A DNA stretch of 64,000 nucleotides from Eledone cirrhosa (GCA_964016885.1 OZ024742.1:254386001-254450000); one strand, 5' to 3'. Counted from the first letter of the stretch, positions 28,245 to 40,484 are shown. Made by a program: numbers and translations. The notes: generated by a model not told the origin, from the letters alone.

Positions 28245-28378
28245 CTAGTCCTGCCATCAATGGCAAAATTTTGTGTTAGCCCTTCCAGATTCTTCCATAC
28301 ATATATTCCTGCATATCTCTCCATTCTTTGCTCCAGGGTGTAAAGCTTTAGTTCTTTCAGCCTTTCCCAGTAGCTCAC
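28245..28378 (-). mobile_element. CR1/L2-type LINE C-terminal scrap
   Basis: Minus-strand translation SYWERLKELKLYTLEQRMERY..IYVWKNLEG. Confidence 0.7.
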
Positions 28379-29179
28379 TGTGAGACAGCTGACTTGGCTA
28401 CATCAGACACAAAGCCAAAGTCAGTCACACCAACATTCGTGACCACCAGAAATAAAGGACCCCGGGTAACCAACATTGACACCCATGCAAATGTCATATT
28501 AGCAGACACCACTGATATGCCAAATGTCACACCAGTGCTATTACAAAACGTCATTTTGTTTTTCTTCACATTGTCAGCATCACAGGTCATCCCACTCTCC
28601 GCAACTTTCAGATCCTTCTGGGCTTCTATGGGTCTTTGTGACTCGTATATTTTCCTTTTCTTTGTCTACTTTCGTCTCCTCTTTGAAAATATAACTAAGC
28701 AGATCCAAGTATGGTTTTATGAGCCTATAGGCAGGAATAAATTCATTCTTTACGCGAACTTTCTAAAACCACCGCATTTCAGGCTATCTGCAATAAGCCT
28801 GTTTGATGGAAAACCAGTGGCCAGGTACCATGCTCTGAACATTGTCCCCAATTCCTTAGCTTTTCAGTTTTGTCAGTTTTTATTTTCCCTTTCTTGAGCA
28901 TTGTTCTTATTGCGGAGCATTTGGATAGGACTTAACAAGAAAGAAACTTTTGTTTTTACTTTTTAGCTTTTGACCAAAGAGTAAATGAACAAATATATTT
29001 GTTCCTTCATTAATACCTCGATAACCAAGTAAAGAAGTAAATAAAATAAAAATACCTACCTTAAATATTTCAATAATTGATTAAATAAATGAAAACTAAA
29101 TAATGAAATAGAATACCTATTTCAACAATTAATTAATTAAATAGATAAAACGAACTACTTACCTTACTATTTCATCAAC

Positions 29180-29495
29180 ATCATCATCATCATTTTACGT
29201 TCGCTTTCCCTGCTTGCAAGGGTGGGACGGGTCCTTTTCACCACAGCATCTCTCCATTCGTCATAATCCTTCGTCATCTCCTCTGTGAGCTTCAGCGATC
29301 AGAGGTCAGCTCTCACCACCTCTGCCTATGATTTTCATGGTCTTCCTCTACTGCGTCTTCCTTCTACTGGAATTTCTTGGTAATTATTTACCCAGCGGTC
29401 ATCCACCATGTGCATCACATGTCCATACCAACACAGTCTTTTCTCCTGCACACTACAACTTATCCCTCTTATACACAGTTTCTCTCTCAACTCAA
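29180..29495 (-). mobile_element. RTE family B 3' fragment
   Basis: Matches 13320-13600; RLCWYGHV and GRRSRGRP motifs. Confidence 0.88.
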
Positions 29496-29747
29496 TAAAT
29501 AAAATAAAATAAAATACTTTAGCGAGAGATATCAGAAAATAAATACAGATTAATTGAAATACAGGAAATAACAATATTGTTAATATCTCGTATTTCGAGA
29601 ATTAAATAAACAAAATATATGAAAAACAACAGATTCTTATATATTCTACCTAACAGTAATTTATGATTTAAGTATTTCAAACACCAAACTTACTGAAAAT
29701 AATGAAAGAAAAAATAAAATAGCAATATTATTTATCCAGTATAAAGG

Positions 29748-29870
29748 GTGGTGGATTGGAAGTATTGGTAGAGGGTCAGACGCCATGCTTTGCAGCATCG
29801 AGTTACGGACCTTTATGGTTTGAGTTCAAATCCTGCCGAGGTTAACTTTGCCTCTCATCCTTGCAGGGTG
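29748..29870 (+). mobile_element. SINE family 2, 3'-truncated
   Basis: A box, B box and start of the middle domain. Confidence 0.75.
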
Positions 29871-30422
29871 TATTTATCCAGTATTTTTAAAATATCATCA
29901 CGATGTATCAAACTTGGAGGAAATTAAAATAATTTTACTTACTTTGTTGATTCAAAATGAATGTGGGAGAATATATTTCAAAATTGTATCATAATATGAA
30001 TAAAATACAGAAAAATATAAACTGTACTTTTACAGGTTAGACCATACAAGTATTAATATGTGTATACTTTTCCTTTACAATGCTTTGCTTTTAAACAAAG
30101 AAATTAGTGTTTTAATGAAGATTTTTATGAGTGAAGAAGTTCATCTTATACGGAATTTGGAAAATCTAGTGTTCGTATTTTAGTATTACCCATGCAATAC
30201 CACATCAGAATTGGAAATATACGAGAGATTTTTCCTAACAGCAAAGAGCAATCTGAGCCACTTTTTTCGTATAAAACAGAAAGAGTTTTCGAACTCCAAA
30301 CAGATGCGCAAACCCCATCTCAATATTACTTTTGAAAATCATAAAAACTGTGAAAACGGTAAAGTAAATGAATATTCTTAAAATTTGTTTACCTTATATA
30401 TATAGAAAAAGAGAAAGAGAGT

Positions 30423-30874
30423 TAAGTATGTGGATTGTGTATATTTAATGATATACGGTGTGTTTACAAATAAACATTTGAAAGCCTTTTAGCCATGAAT
30501 TTTGGAATCTGATGGCCGTCATCAAGATAGTGCTCGCTATACCCTGCTCTTTGCAATAATTTATAGTTTTTATGCTTATGTACATGGGCTGATTAGCTTC
30601 ATATGCAAATGAGGCTAATCAACCCATGTACATAGGCCAAAAAACTATATATTTTTGCTTGTATTAAATTCCAGCAGAGAGAAGGTTTGGGGAGCACTAT
30701 CTTGATAATAGCCACTAACCAGTAACGATCATTAATAGTTATCCTCTACTGATTCTGTTGGAATTCACTAGATGGCGTTAGCCATCAGCTTCCAAAATTC
30801 ATAGCTAAAAGGCTTTCAAATGTGTATTCGTAAATGTGCCATGTATCATTAGATAAACAAAATTCACATACTTA
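30423..30874. repeat. Nested fold-back (three pairs of inverted arms)
   Basis: 30423-30516 pairs with 30781-30874; tcaagatagtgctc pairs with gagcactatcttga; inner hairpin ~30563-30649. Confidence 0.85.
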
Positions 30875-31221
30875 GATGTATACAGTTATGTTGGAGTAAA
30901 AACTTTGTTATATATATTATATTGGCGCTGAGTCAGATAGAATGTTTTGTTGTATTCATTCTAGCTCTGTATTCTCTGAGTTCAATTCAGCCAACGTCGA
31001 TAAAGAGAGAGTACCAGTCCACTACTGGGTTGATTTGTTCTCTATATCTCTTTCTCACGTCCACTCTATCATTCTCTCTCTCTCTCTCTCCTCTTGAAAA
31101 ATCGGTTGTGACCAGATTTAGAGAAGAGATAAATTCTGCCAGGTTTAAAATGTCCATAAAACTCCATATTTCATTGTCATTGCGACTTAACAATGGGTTA
31201 CAGGTTAAGAAAGAAAAAAGA

Positions 31222-31261
<40 letters not shown>

Positions 31262-31541
31262 TATATGCAGCAATGTGAAATATGTGCTAGTGATTGTTTT
31301 GGTAAAGCTGGTAGAGGGCAAGTTTGAAATACAAAAATGAAAAGAACAAAGTAAGACAAGCAGTAACAAAAACAAAATTAACGTTTTTACCTTATATTTC
31401 CTAATATTTTGAAAATGAAATTACAGTGTGATGGTGTGTAGATATTCAGTCAGAGTGGTGGCAACATGTGCCACAAATGGGTATAGTCACAATAGACAAT
31501 AGGCTTCATGATATTGTAATTAGTTATTTTTCTGTGTGTGA

Positions 31542-31607
<66 letters not shown>

Positions 31608-31618
31608 TGTGAGAGAGA

Positions 31619-31658
<40 letters not shown>

Positions 31659-32773
31659 ATACATCGTTATACAATCCAAATCAATATAGCAGACAAAATA
31701 TTACGAATTCATAAGTTGAATTCTAAGCTTGTTACATCCATCATCACAACCCAGGGGAGAAACTGGCAGAAGGAAATATCTACTTGAAACCAGGCATTCA
31801 TCATATTCAATATAATCGTATATACATACACAATATATGTATAGATACACACACACATAAATACACACACACACATATATATACAAACACATATATATAT
31901 ATATATACATATAAATATCTATATATGTATATAAATATATATATATATATTTATATACATATATATATATATATATATACATACATACATATATATATAT
32001 ATATATGCACACACACTCACACATATATATATAAATAGATAGATACACATACACAATTATAAGTCTATGATTTGCTGCTACCATTATGATATTAGATCAA
32101 CATTTATTTGCTATCAGTGAAAAGCAGATGAAATATATTGAAAATAACACAACAACAATAATAATAATAACAACTACAACATGGTGTGTAATGCAGGCAA
32201 TATTTACTACTTAATAAAGAGTGAGACAAATGTCGGCAGAGTTTCAGATTCCTCTTATCAATGGAATAGCAGAAAGGAATTTAGAAGGAGAAACATCATC
32301 ATAGAACTCCAGAGGAAAGTACATATTGTTTTATATTTTATTGTTTATTAATCAAAAATTGTTAGAAGGGAAACTCCAGTGCCTCTTTTTATGGCATGTG
32401 ATTGCAAGTATAGGTCTACCACATTTTTTCTATTTAAAAAACCAATATATATTGTGTTTATTTGTGTGCACCCTATTGAAATAAATTTATGCAGTCTTTA
32501 TTTAGTTTCAAATCATTATAAATGTACCCAGTATACTCTGTAAAGTGATTGATGATATCCAGGGCTTCAATCCATAGAAAACCTGCCGTAACATGTATTT
32601 TTGTTCTGTTAGTAAAGATAATTTTCAGCTCAGGCTTGCTCTAATCATTTGAGTTTCCCTCATCATCTCCTCTATGAGTGTCAGTATTTTCAGATTAGTT
32701 CTCACAACTTTTGCTCAGAAATTTCTGCTACACCAGCTTTCTTCACAGTGTCTCTGTGTGTGTGTATATATAT

Positions 32774-32855
<82 letters not shown>

Positions 32856-32858
<3 letters not shown>

Positions 32859-33280
32859 CGTCCCACCACCTCCACACCGCCCCTTTCAATGTAAAGTTAT
32901 GTTGGTCCCACAACATCCAGGCCGAAACAAATGAGATTGTGTAGGTGTCACGACAAAAAAACACACAGTCCACGCTGTAAATGTGGCCGTGTAGGCAACA
33001 CGGTAAAAACCTCCCAGCCCCACACTGTAAATGTGGTTGGTGTTAGGGAGGGCATCCAGCTGTAGAAAACCCGCCAGACAGTCCACGCTGTAATGTAGCC
33101 GTGTAGGCAACACGGTAAAAACCTCCCAGACCCACACTGTAAATGTGGTTGGTGTTAGGAAGGGCATCCAACTGTAGAAAACCCGCCAGACAGTCCTATG
33201 CGAGCAAGACAACCACTCTTGCCTCAAGTGGGAAAACCCCCGTCCAAACCCATGCAAGCGTGGAACACGGACGCTAAACC

Positions 33281-33313
<33 letters not shown>
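32856..33313 (+). mobile_element. RTE family A 3' UTR only, with an internal ~115-bp tandem duplication
   Basis: Matches 6118-6460; the cagtccacgctgtaa...gtagaaaacccgccaga block occurs twice. Confidence 0.9.
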
Positions 33314-33357
<44 letters not shown>

Positions 33358-33360
<3 letters not shown>

Positions 33361-33508
33361 CGGAGGAAATGTGGTAAGGAACCAGATGAACCATAACGCA
33401 CCAAAGTACTCAATACTTAGGGTAGTAGAGTGGGTAATAGAAACGAGTAGGACCCCGACGGCTGAGCTCAAGCCGTTTCGACGGCTAATTCTGGACGCTA
33501 CTCGTTCC
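33358..33508 (-). mobile_element. Terminal fragment of the 22898 family with the 3' half of the HHR
   Basis: GAAA-cggct-tgagctc-agccg-TC-ggggt on the minus strand. Confidence 0.75.
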
Positions 33509-33527
33509 TATATATATATATATATAT

Positions 33528-33627
<100 letters not shown>

Positions 33628-34312
33628 ATATATACACACAAACACACACATATATATATATACACACAAACATATATATATATATATTCGCACACACACA
33701 CATGCATATATATATATATACAATCACACACATATACACACACAAACACACATGCTTCAAAGATAATCAACTGAATATAATAAATTATGTGAAGAGGAAA
33801 CATATTGAGGAAAAACAAAGCTGAAAGCAAATGCTTGCAATAGTGATTCCATTGAAAAAAATCTAGAAACATTGATGGTGATCTGAAGACATAGTAATAG
33901 ATTTGACAACACAATATATATGGTTTGTTTTGATCTCTCACTTTATTATTTATCCATCTAATCATTCCTGCTCCTCTATTTTACTTCCATCAACCATTTT
34001 TGCTTTTACAATTTAACTTTTGTGTATTGTAAATTTTCCTTTTTATTTGAATTATAATTTTGTTATATATATATATATCAGCATCACTGTTTTACGTCCA
34101 TTTTTCCCCGCTAACATGGGTTAAACGAGTTGTCCTGTTGTGGGCAATGCCAGGTCAGGTGATCACGTCTTGCTCATACAGAACTGATTTTGGCTTCATT
34201 TCTACAGCTGAGTGACCTTCCTAATACCAACCTCATTTACAGTGAGTACTGGGTGGGGGCATACTGTCTATATGTTTCAGCTTTGGCTTGTACCTGTGGG
34301 AAGTCTGGTCTC

Positions 34313-34342
<30 letters not shown>

Positions 34343-34347
<5 letters not shown>

Positions 34348-36393
34348 CCCAATAGAGGGACCAGCAGTGTTAGTTGAGGGTAGTATAATAAGTAAGGCAA
34401 TCAAGGATATGAAGACGGGCAAGGCAGCTGGGCCTTCGGAAATAGTTGCTGAGATGCTGAAGGCATCTAGCACGGTGGGACACACCATGGTCACCCGGAT
34501 AGTTAACCAAGTCGTACAGAATGGGGTTGTTCCGAAGGACTGGCGTATAAGGGTAAAGGAGATGCCCTAGATAGGAGAAACTATAGAGGCATTAAATTAA
34601 TCGACCAGGTCATGAAGGTCACGGAAAAAGTAATAGCGCAAATAATCAGAGAGAGAATTGATCTAGATGAAATGCGGTTCGGGTTTGTGTCAGGCAAAAG
34701 TACCACAGACGCTCTTTTCATTGTACGACAACTACAGGAAAAGTACCTAGCTAAAAGTAAACCCCTATACTTAGCTTTTGTCGACTTGGAGAAAGCCTTC
34801 GACAGAGTCCCCCGTTCCATTATCTGGTGGGCTCTTAGAAAACTAGGTGTCGACGAATGGCTTGTGAGAGCTATACAAGCCATGTATAAAGAAACAGTCA
34901 GCAAGGTTAGAATTAACAACGAATATAGTGAAGAGTTTAGCGTAAAAGTTGGCGTCCATCAGGGCTCTGTTCTCAGCCCCCTACTATTTATTATTGCCCT
35001 TCAGGCTATAACAGAGGAGTTCAAGACCGGCTGCCCATGGGAACTCCTATACGCAGACGACCTAACACTCATAGCTGAATCAATGGCCGAGCTAGAGAAG
35101 AAATTCCAAACATGGAAGCACGGCCTAGAATCAAAAGGCCTTAAAATTAACCTGGCTAAGAACAAAGTTCTAGTTTGTAGGAAAGAAAATAAGGCGGTGG
35201 TCCCTTCCGGGAAGTGGCCATGCTCAGTGTGTAGGAAAGGCGTAGGTAGAAACTCCATTTTGTGTCCCAAATGCAAAGTATGGGTGCATAAAAGATGTAG
35301 TGGGATCACAGGTAAGCTAACTAAGAACATAGATTTCACATGTGGCCGGTGCTCTGGTGCAACAAGTAGCAGCAAGTGCCCACAAAATACTAGCTCTTTC
35401 AACTGCGCAGAGGGCTCTATAGAAATAGTGGACAGCTTCCGTTACCTGGGTGACAAAATCAGCAGTGGGGGAGGGTGCTCTGAAAGTACAGTAGCTAGAG
35501 TCAGAACTGGATGGAAAAAGTTCAGAGAGCTTATACCACTATTAGCCGCTAAAGGGTTCTCCCTAAAAATGAAAGGCAGGTTGTACGATGCCTGCATACG
35601 AACAGCAATGTTGCATGGCAGTGAGACCTGGGCATTGTGTGCAGAGGATATACGCAGACTAGAGAGAAACGAAGCTTGCATGCTCCGCTGGATGTGTAAT
35701 AGTAATATACGTGAACGGCAAAGCATAAACGAACTAAGGAAAAAATTAGAAATAAGAGGGATCAGATGTTGTTTACTCGAGAGAAGGCTACGTTGGTATG
35801 GACACGTGATGCGCATGAAAGACGATAGCTGTATAACAAGGTGCAGGGCTATAAAGATAGACGGTAGCCACGGAATAGGCAGACCTAGAAAAAACTGGGA
35901 CGAGCTGATTCACTCCGACCTCACACACTTACACCTCTCCAAGACAATGTCACTGGACCGAGACCTTTGGCGGTACTCAGTAATAGAGAAGACCCGCCTT
36001 ACCTAAATACATAGTAAAACCTACTACAGTCAGTAGGCATCTCTAACAAAATACACCCCCGTCCCACTACCCCCACCCCATCCACACCGCCCCCTTCTAT
36101 GTAAAGTTATGTTGGTGCCGCGCCATCCAGGCCGAAACAAATGAGATCGTGTAGGTGTCACGACAAAAAAACACACAGTCCACGCTGTAATGTGGCCGTG
36201 TAGGCAACACGGTAAAAACCTCCCAGTCCCACACTGTAAATGTGGTTGGTGTTAGGAAGGGCATCCAACTGTAGAAAACCTGCCAGACAGTCCTATGCGA
36301 GCAAGACAATCACTCTTGCCTCAAGTGGAAAAATCGCCGTCCAAACCCATGCAAGCGTGGAACACGGACGTTAAACGTTGATGATGATGATGA
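34343..36393 (+). mobile_element. RTE family A, 5'-truncated, best-preserved copy
   Basis: Uninterrupted 464-aa RT ORF, small deletion near 34545, 3' UTR and (GAT)n tail; TA flanks. Confidence 0.96.
34612..36006 (+). CDS. RTE reverse transcriptase (partial) with PHD-like insertion
   Basis: FVDLEKAFDRV, GVHQGSVLSP, LLYADD, CSVC-CPKC-H-C-CGRC, FRYLG and RLRWYGHV motifs. TE-derived; expression unknown. Confidence 0.85.
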   Translation: MKVTEKVIAQIIRERIDLDEMRFGFVSGKSTTDALFIVRQLQEKYLAKSKPLYLAFVDLEKAFDRVPRSIIWWALRKLGVDEWLVRAIQAMYKETVSKVRINNEYSEEFSVKVGVHQGSVLSPLLFIIALQAITEEFKTGCPWELLYADDLTLIAESMAELEKKFQTWKHGLESKGLKINLAKNKVLVCRKENKAVVPSGKWPCSVCRKGVGRNSILCPKCKVWVHKRCSGITGKLTKNIDFTCGRCSGATSSSKCPQNTSSFNCAEGSIEIVDSFRYLGDKISSGGGCSESTVARVRTGWKKFRELIPLLAAKGFSLKMKGRLYDACIRTAMLHGSETWALCAEDIRRLERNEACMLRWMCNSNIRERQSINELRKKLEIRGIRCCLLERRLRWYGHVMRMKDDSCITRCRAIKIDGSHGIGRPRKNWDELIHSDLTHLHLSKTMSLDRDLWRYSVIEKTRLT

Positions 36394-36399
36394 TATATA

Positions 36400-36656
36400 T
36401 ATTGTTATACTTGGGAAGGGCCATATTGTTATAATATTGCCAGAAATAATAACAGAACACACTCACTGTTTCGTTTGGGTTGGTTTATTTTATATTTCCA
36501 TAGTTGGCAATCAATGTTTATCATTGATTGACCAACGGTTAAAAATACAGATATAAATATAGTCTATCAAAGTTCTTTTGTCACACATCTGTGACATTAT
36601 CAGTGGTACTATTATGTTTACTCCCATTGTATTGTAATGCCTATGCCATTTTTATT

Positions 36657-36703
<47 letters not shown>

Positions 36704-37105
36704 TTCTTGTCTCTGTCTCTGTTTGCACATATCTTTGCGTGTGTGTTTCCTGTTTGGTGTGTGTGTTTGTGTTTGAGGGTATGTGTTTTTGTATTTTATC
36801 TTTGTTCACAAGTGTGTGTTTATATGTGTTTGTTATTGTACTTGTGTATATATTTATATATATATTTATTTACTTATTCATTTATATTTCCCTTAGGTCA
36901 GTATTGAATGTTTGGTTAAGATTCTTATTGTTATTCCATTCGTTCTTTCTGTTTAACTTTGCTTTTCTTAGTTCTATCTCAGCTGCTTCTCTGATTTGCC
37001 TACCTGTTGATATTATTTTAATTTCTATGTTGTCTATATTACCGTCATTTGTCTTTGCTTGGTGTGTTCATATAGTACTGAACCGTTTTTTTCTTTTGTC
37101 CTTTA
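36400..37105 (-). mobile_element. Diverged PLE 3' fragment (relative of the 24211 family) with a decayed HHR at 36566-36607
   Basis: Shares the ttgttatacttggg terminus and the GIY-YIG C-terminal region; HHR stem II is gtcaca/tgtgac. Confidence 0.8.
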
Positions 37106-37120
37106 CTTATATATATATAT

Positions 37121-37819
37121 ATCATTACAAAATAGTGAATGACATATACATACATATCTAATAATATACACGTACAATAGAACATATCAGCTTAAAATGG
37201 AAATAATCTGCATTGAATGTAAGAACAAATAGCTCATTTTGGTATCATATAAAATTTAACAAAAACTTAAAATATAGTTACCTGTTAAAAATGATATATA
37301 TATTTCTCCTTTATACGTATCCTTCAGAAATCATGAATATATTTCACCAAAAATATAAGTGCAGTTAGATGATCGATCTGGGGCGTCAGTAAAGGAGAAT
37401 CGATCCATCTGACCTTACACACAAGAAAATACAAAACTGAGAACAAATAAAAAAAATCATCGTATACTGTCAGTCTCCCAGTGACATAAAAGTGTTTAAA
37501 GACAACTAAAAATTGCAGTCTAATCTCTCAATATAGTGAAAGCTCAACCAAATAGGAGCATAAATATATTACATTTAAAATTAAATGTCATGTTTGAGAT
37601 AATCTCGAACATGCACCTTATCCCCTAAGAATAAGCTCAAAGAATAAATCCGAGCATTTAATCATTACAAAATAGTGAATGACGATATATATGTATGTAC
37701 ATATGTCATTCATTATTTTGTAATGATTAAATGGTCAGATTTATTCTTTGAGCCTATTCTTATAGGATAAGGCGCATGTTCGAGATTATTTCAAACATAA
37801 CATATTTAATTTTAAATGT
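37121..37819. mobile_element. ~540-bp unit followed by a repeat of its start and a fold-back (PLE-terminal-repeat-like)
   Basis: atcattacaaaatagtgaatgac at 37121 and 37662; 37571-37683 is inverted at 37705-37819; TA flanks. Confidence 0.7.
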
Positions 37820-37856
37820 TTTATATATATATATATATATATAAATGTATATATAG

Positions 37857-38498
37857 TGATTGGTACTTATCAAAGCCAAGTACTCCAGCTGTTTGCTGAA
37901 AATCCTGAACGTTTGATTCTTATAGAATTCTAGTAATAATCAGGAACTGATTATACAGAGCGGTTGCCGGTCAAGCAGAAATTGAAAATTAGAATTGGTG
38001 CTCTGATATAGCGATATATATATGAATGTATATATATAGTGTATTTTGCAATACACTGTATGCTTAATTAAAAGCATTTCTAAGAACTTACGCTATTGTT
38101 TTAGAGTAGTGACAGTCTCACTTACTTTAAATTTTCAGCAAACAGGGGAGATAAAGCTGACAGGCCTCTGTTTCGTACTGATTGGTACTTATCAAAGCCA
38201 AATACTCCAGCTGTTTGCTGAAAATCATGAATGTTTGATTCTTATAGAATTCTAGTAATAATCAGGAACTGATTATACAGAGCGGTTGCCGGTCAAGCAG
38301 AAATTGAAAATTAGAATTGGTGCTCTGATATAGCGATATATATATGAATGTATATAGAGTGTATTTTGCAATACACTGTATGCTTAATTAAAAGCATTTC
38401 GAAGTCTTAGAAATGCTTTTAATTAAGCATACAGTGTATTGCAAAATACACTATATATACATTCATATATATATCGCTATTTCAGAGCACCAATTCTA

Positions 38499-38502
<4 letters not shown>
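37857..38502 (-). mobile_element. ~320-bp tandem retrozyme-like element (1.7 units) with a terminal fold-back
   Basis: Period 320-322 bp; 38308-38400 is inverted at 38410-38502; HHR at 38156-38198. Confidence 0.8.
38156..38198 (-). ncRNA. Minimal hammerhead ribozyme, U3-A8 variant
   Basis: gct-TTGATAA-gtac-caatca-gtac-GAAA-cag-aggc-ctg-TC-agc. Confidence 0.75.
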
Positions 38503-38544
<42 letters not shown>

Positions 38545-38548
<4 letters not shown>

Positions 38549-39113
38549 TTAATTGTACTATTTATGGTTATGAAAATACAAAAACCTTTAGCAGTTATAT
38601 GTATTTTTTATACAAACCCTAAATAGTGGTAGGCAGTAATGTATTACTAGCTTATTACCAGTAAGTTAAGTAGCTCAATGTAAGAACATCAGATGATTTA
38701 CAGAGCAGTTATATGAAATATAAGAATCAAAGAACTGTTCAAAACATTACAGTGCTTACAGCTGTTTCCTCCAAACCGAGGTTTGGATTCTTCGGAGCAA
38801 TTTATTAATGATTGGACAGTTATATGACCTCCTTTTCAGCCAAGAGACATACCAATACATATGCAAATATTGTGGGTCAACATTCATTACAGCATTTAGA
38901 GTGGCAGTACACACTTCGAAGTGTGTACTGCCACTCTAAATGCTGTAATGAATGTTGACCCACAATATTTGCATATGTATCGGTATGTCTCTTGGCTGAA
39001 AAGGAGGTCATATAACTGTCCAATCATTAATAAATTGCTCCAAAGAATCCAAACCTCGGTTTGGAGGAAACAGCTGTAAGCACTGTAATGTTTTGAACAG
39101 TTCTTTGATTCTT

Positions 39114-39125
<12 letters not shown>
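38545..39125. mobile_element. HHR-bearing element ending in a 416-bp palindrome
   Basis: 38710-39125 is self-complementary around ttc|gaa (38917/38918); 38545-38713 resembles 41716-41880. Confidence 0.85.
38753..38799 (-). ncRNA. Minimal hammerhead fold with CCGAAGA core (mirror copy at 39036-39082, + strand)
   Basis: tgct-CCGAAGA-a-tccaaac-ctcg-gtttgga-g-GAAA-cagctg-TA-agca. Confidence 0.65.
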
Positions 39126-39157
<32 letters not shown>

Positions 39158-39399
39158 TGTGTGTAGTGTGTATATGTGTGTGTGGTTGTATTTTTAGCAT
39201 ATGAATGTTTGTTTTCATTTGTGTGTGTGAGAGTTTGGGTGTGTGTGTGTAATTTGAAAAGTGCTTGGCCATAATAATTGTGAAATGCTATAAACAATAT
39301 TTGAGAAAATTGGGTAAAGTACCCTAGGAGAAAGAAATTGTGAAATTCAGAGCTGCAAAGACTGAGACACTCATGCTCTCATGGTAGCCTGTGCATTGT

Positions 39400-39900
39400 A
39401 CTCTACATGTGAGTGAAGTTTCACTGAAGTAGGTGGAGATGTTCAAATGTCTCAAAGCTGTGTTCATGAGTGATGAAAGGTAGGAGGCTGGATTAAGTTC
39501 AAGAATTTCAGGAACTAGTGCAGTAATGGGCCAGCTTCAACATTCACTCATTAAATGAAAGAGGGTAGGTGTAAAAGACAAACTACCTATCTTCAATTTG
39601 ATATTTGTGTCAACCCTTACCTATGATCATGAATATTGTTCCTGAATACAAATGGCTGAAATAGGGTTTCTCCTAGGGTCTTTGGAGTAATGTTACTTGA
39701 TAGAGTGTGTGGCTTAAAGATCAGTGAGTTGCTCCATGTAGAGCTGCTATTTCTCTGAATTGAGTGATCGCTGCTCCAATATTCTGGGCATGTGGTTAGA
39801 ATGTTTCAGGAAAGAATTGGTGGACAGATTTTACAGGCATTACCAACCAGCGGGAGACCCAGGAGTAGACCCTGAACAAGATGGTTGGCTAACACCCATG
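39400..39900 (+). mobile_element. Highly degraded RTE 3' region (same type as 48250-48640)
   Basis: Remnant LTY.HE, IQMAEIGFL and GRPR.RP motifs; similar to 48290-48570. Confidence 0.6.
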
Positions 39901-40107
39901 AGCTGAGCTGGTCTCACTTGGTGATCCAACCAGATCAATTGGAGATGGTTACTTGAGGTTTGGTCCCCCATGACCCTCCCAGGAATATGTGGACAAAGAA
40001 GATTATTAATATGGTCACTTGTATTAGGAAACATATTTTTCCAATTTTTTATTTTAAATAGTTTGTCATGTTTCATATGTCAACCACTTTGTTCTCACAT
40101 ATTTTGG

Positions 40108-40152
<45 letters not shown>

Positions 40153-40160
<8 letters not shown>

Positions 40161-40350
40161 AGATTCAGGACCCCAACAGCTGAGCTCTGGAACTTTCGAC
40201 ATTTAGATTCAAACCTTTTCTGATCTAGCTGCCGAAATGGCTGGAGCTCAGCCGTCGGGGTCCTGAATCTTTTCATATTACCCATTCTACTACTCCAAGT
40301 ATTGAGTACTCTGGTGGGTTATGGTCCAGCTGAATTTTACCACACCCTAT
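40153..40350 (+). mobile_element. Fold-back fragment of the 22898 HHR family
   Basis: 40153-40187 is inverted at 40244-40278; contains GAAA-tggctggagctcagccg-TC-ggggt. Confidence 0.7.
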
Positions 40351-40355
40351 CTGAT

Positions 40356-40418
<63 letters not shown>

Positions 40419-40484
40419 AAATAAGTATGTTTTGGAAGCTATTACAATGCAGAGAGGAGAAAGGGTTGTAAATATTAAGATAAT

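Noticed and set aside
28394-28897. 167-aa ORF as a host gene
   Set aside because: No recognisable motif, non-ATG start, and it lies among decayed LINE pieces.
35001-35816. Recurrent antisense ORFs (MKELVF..., MRITCPY..., MSCSHRT...)
   Set aside because: Shadows of near-identical RTE copies; recurrence reflects copy identity, not selection.
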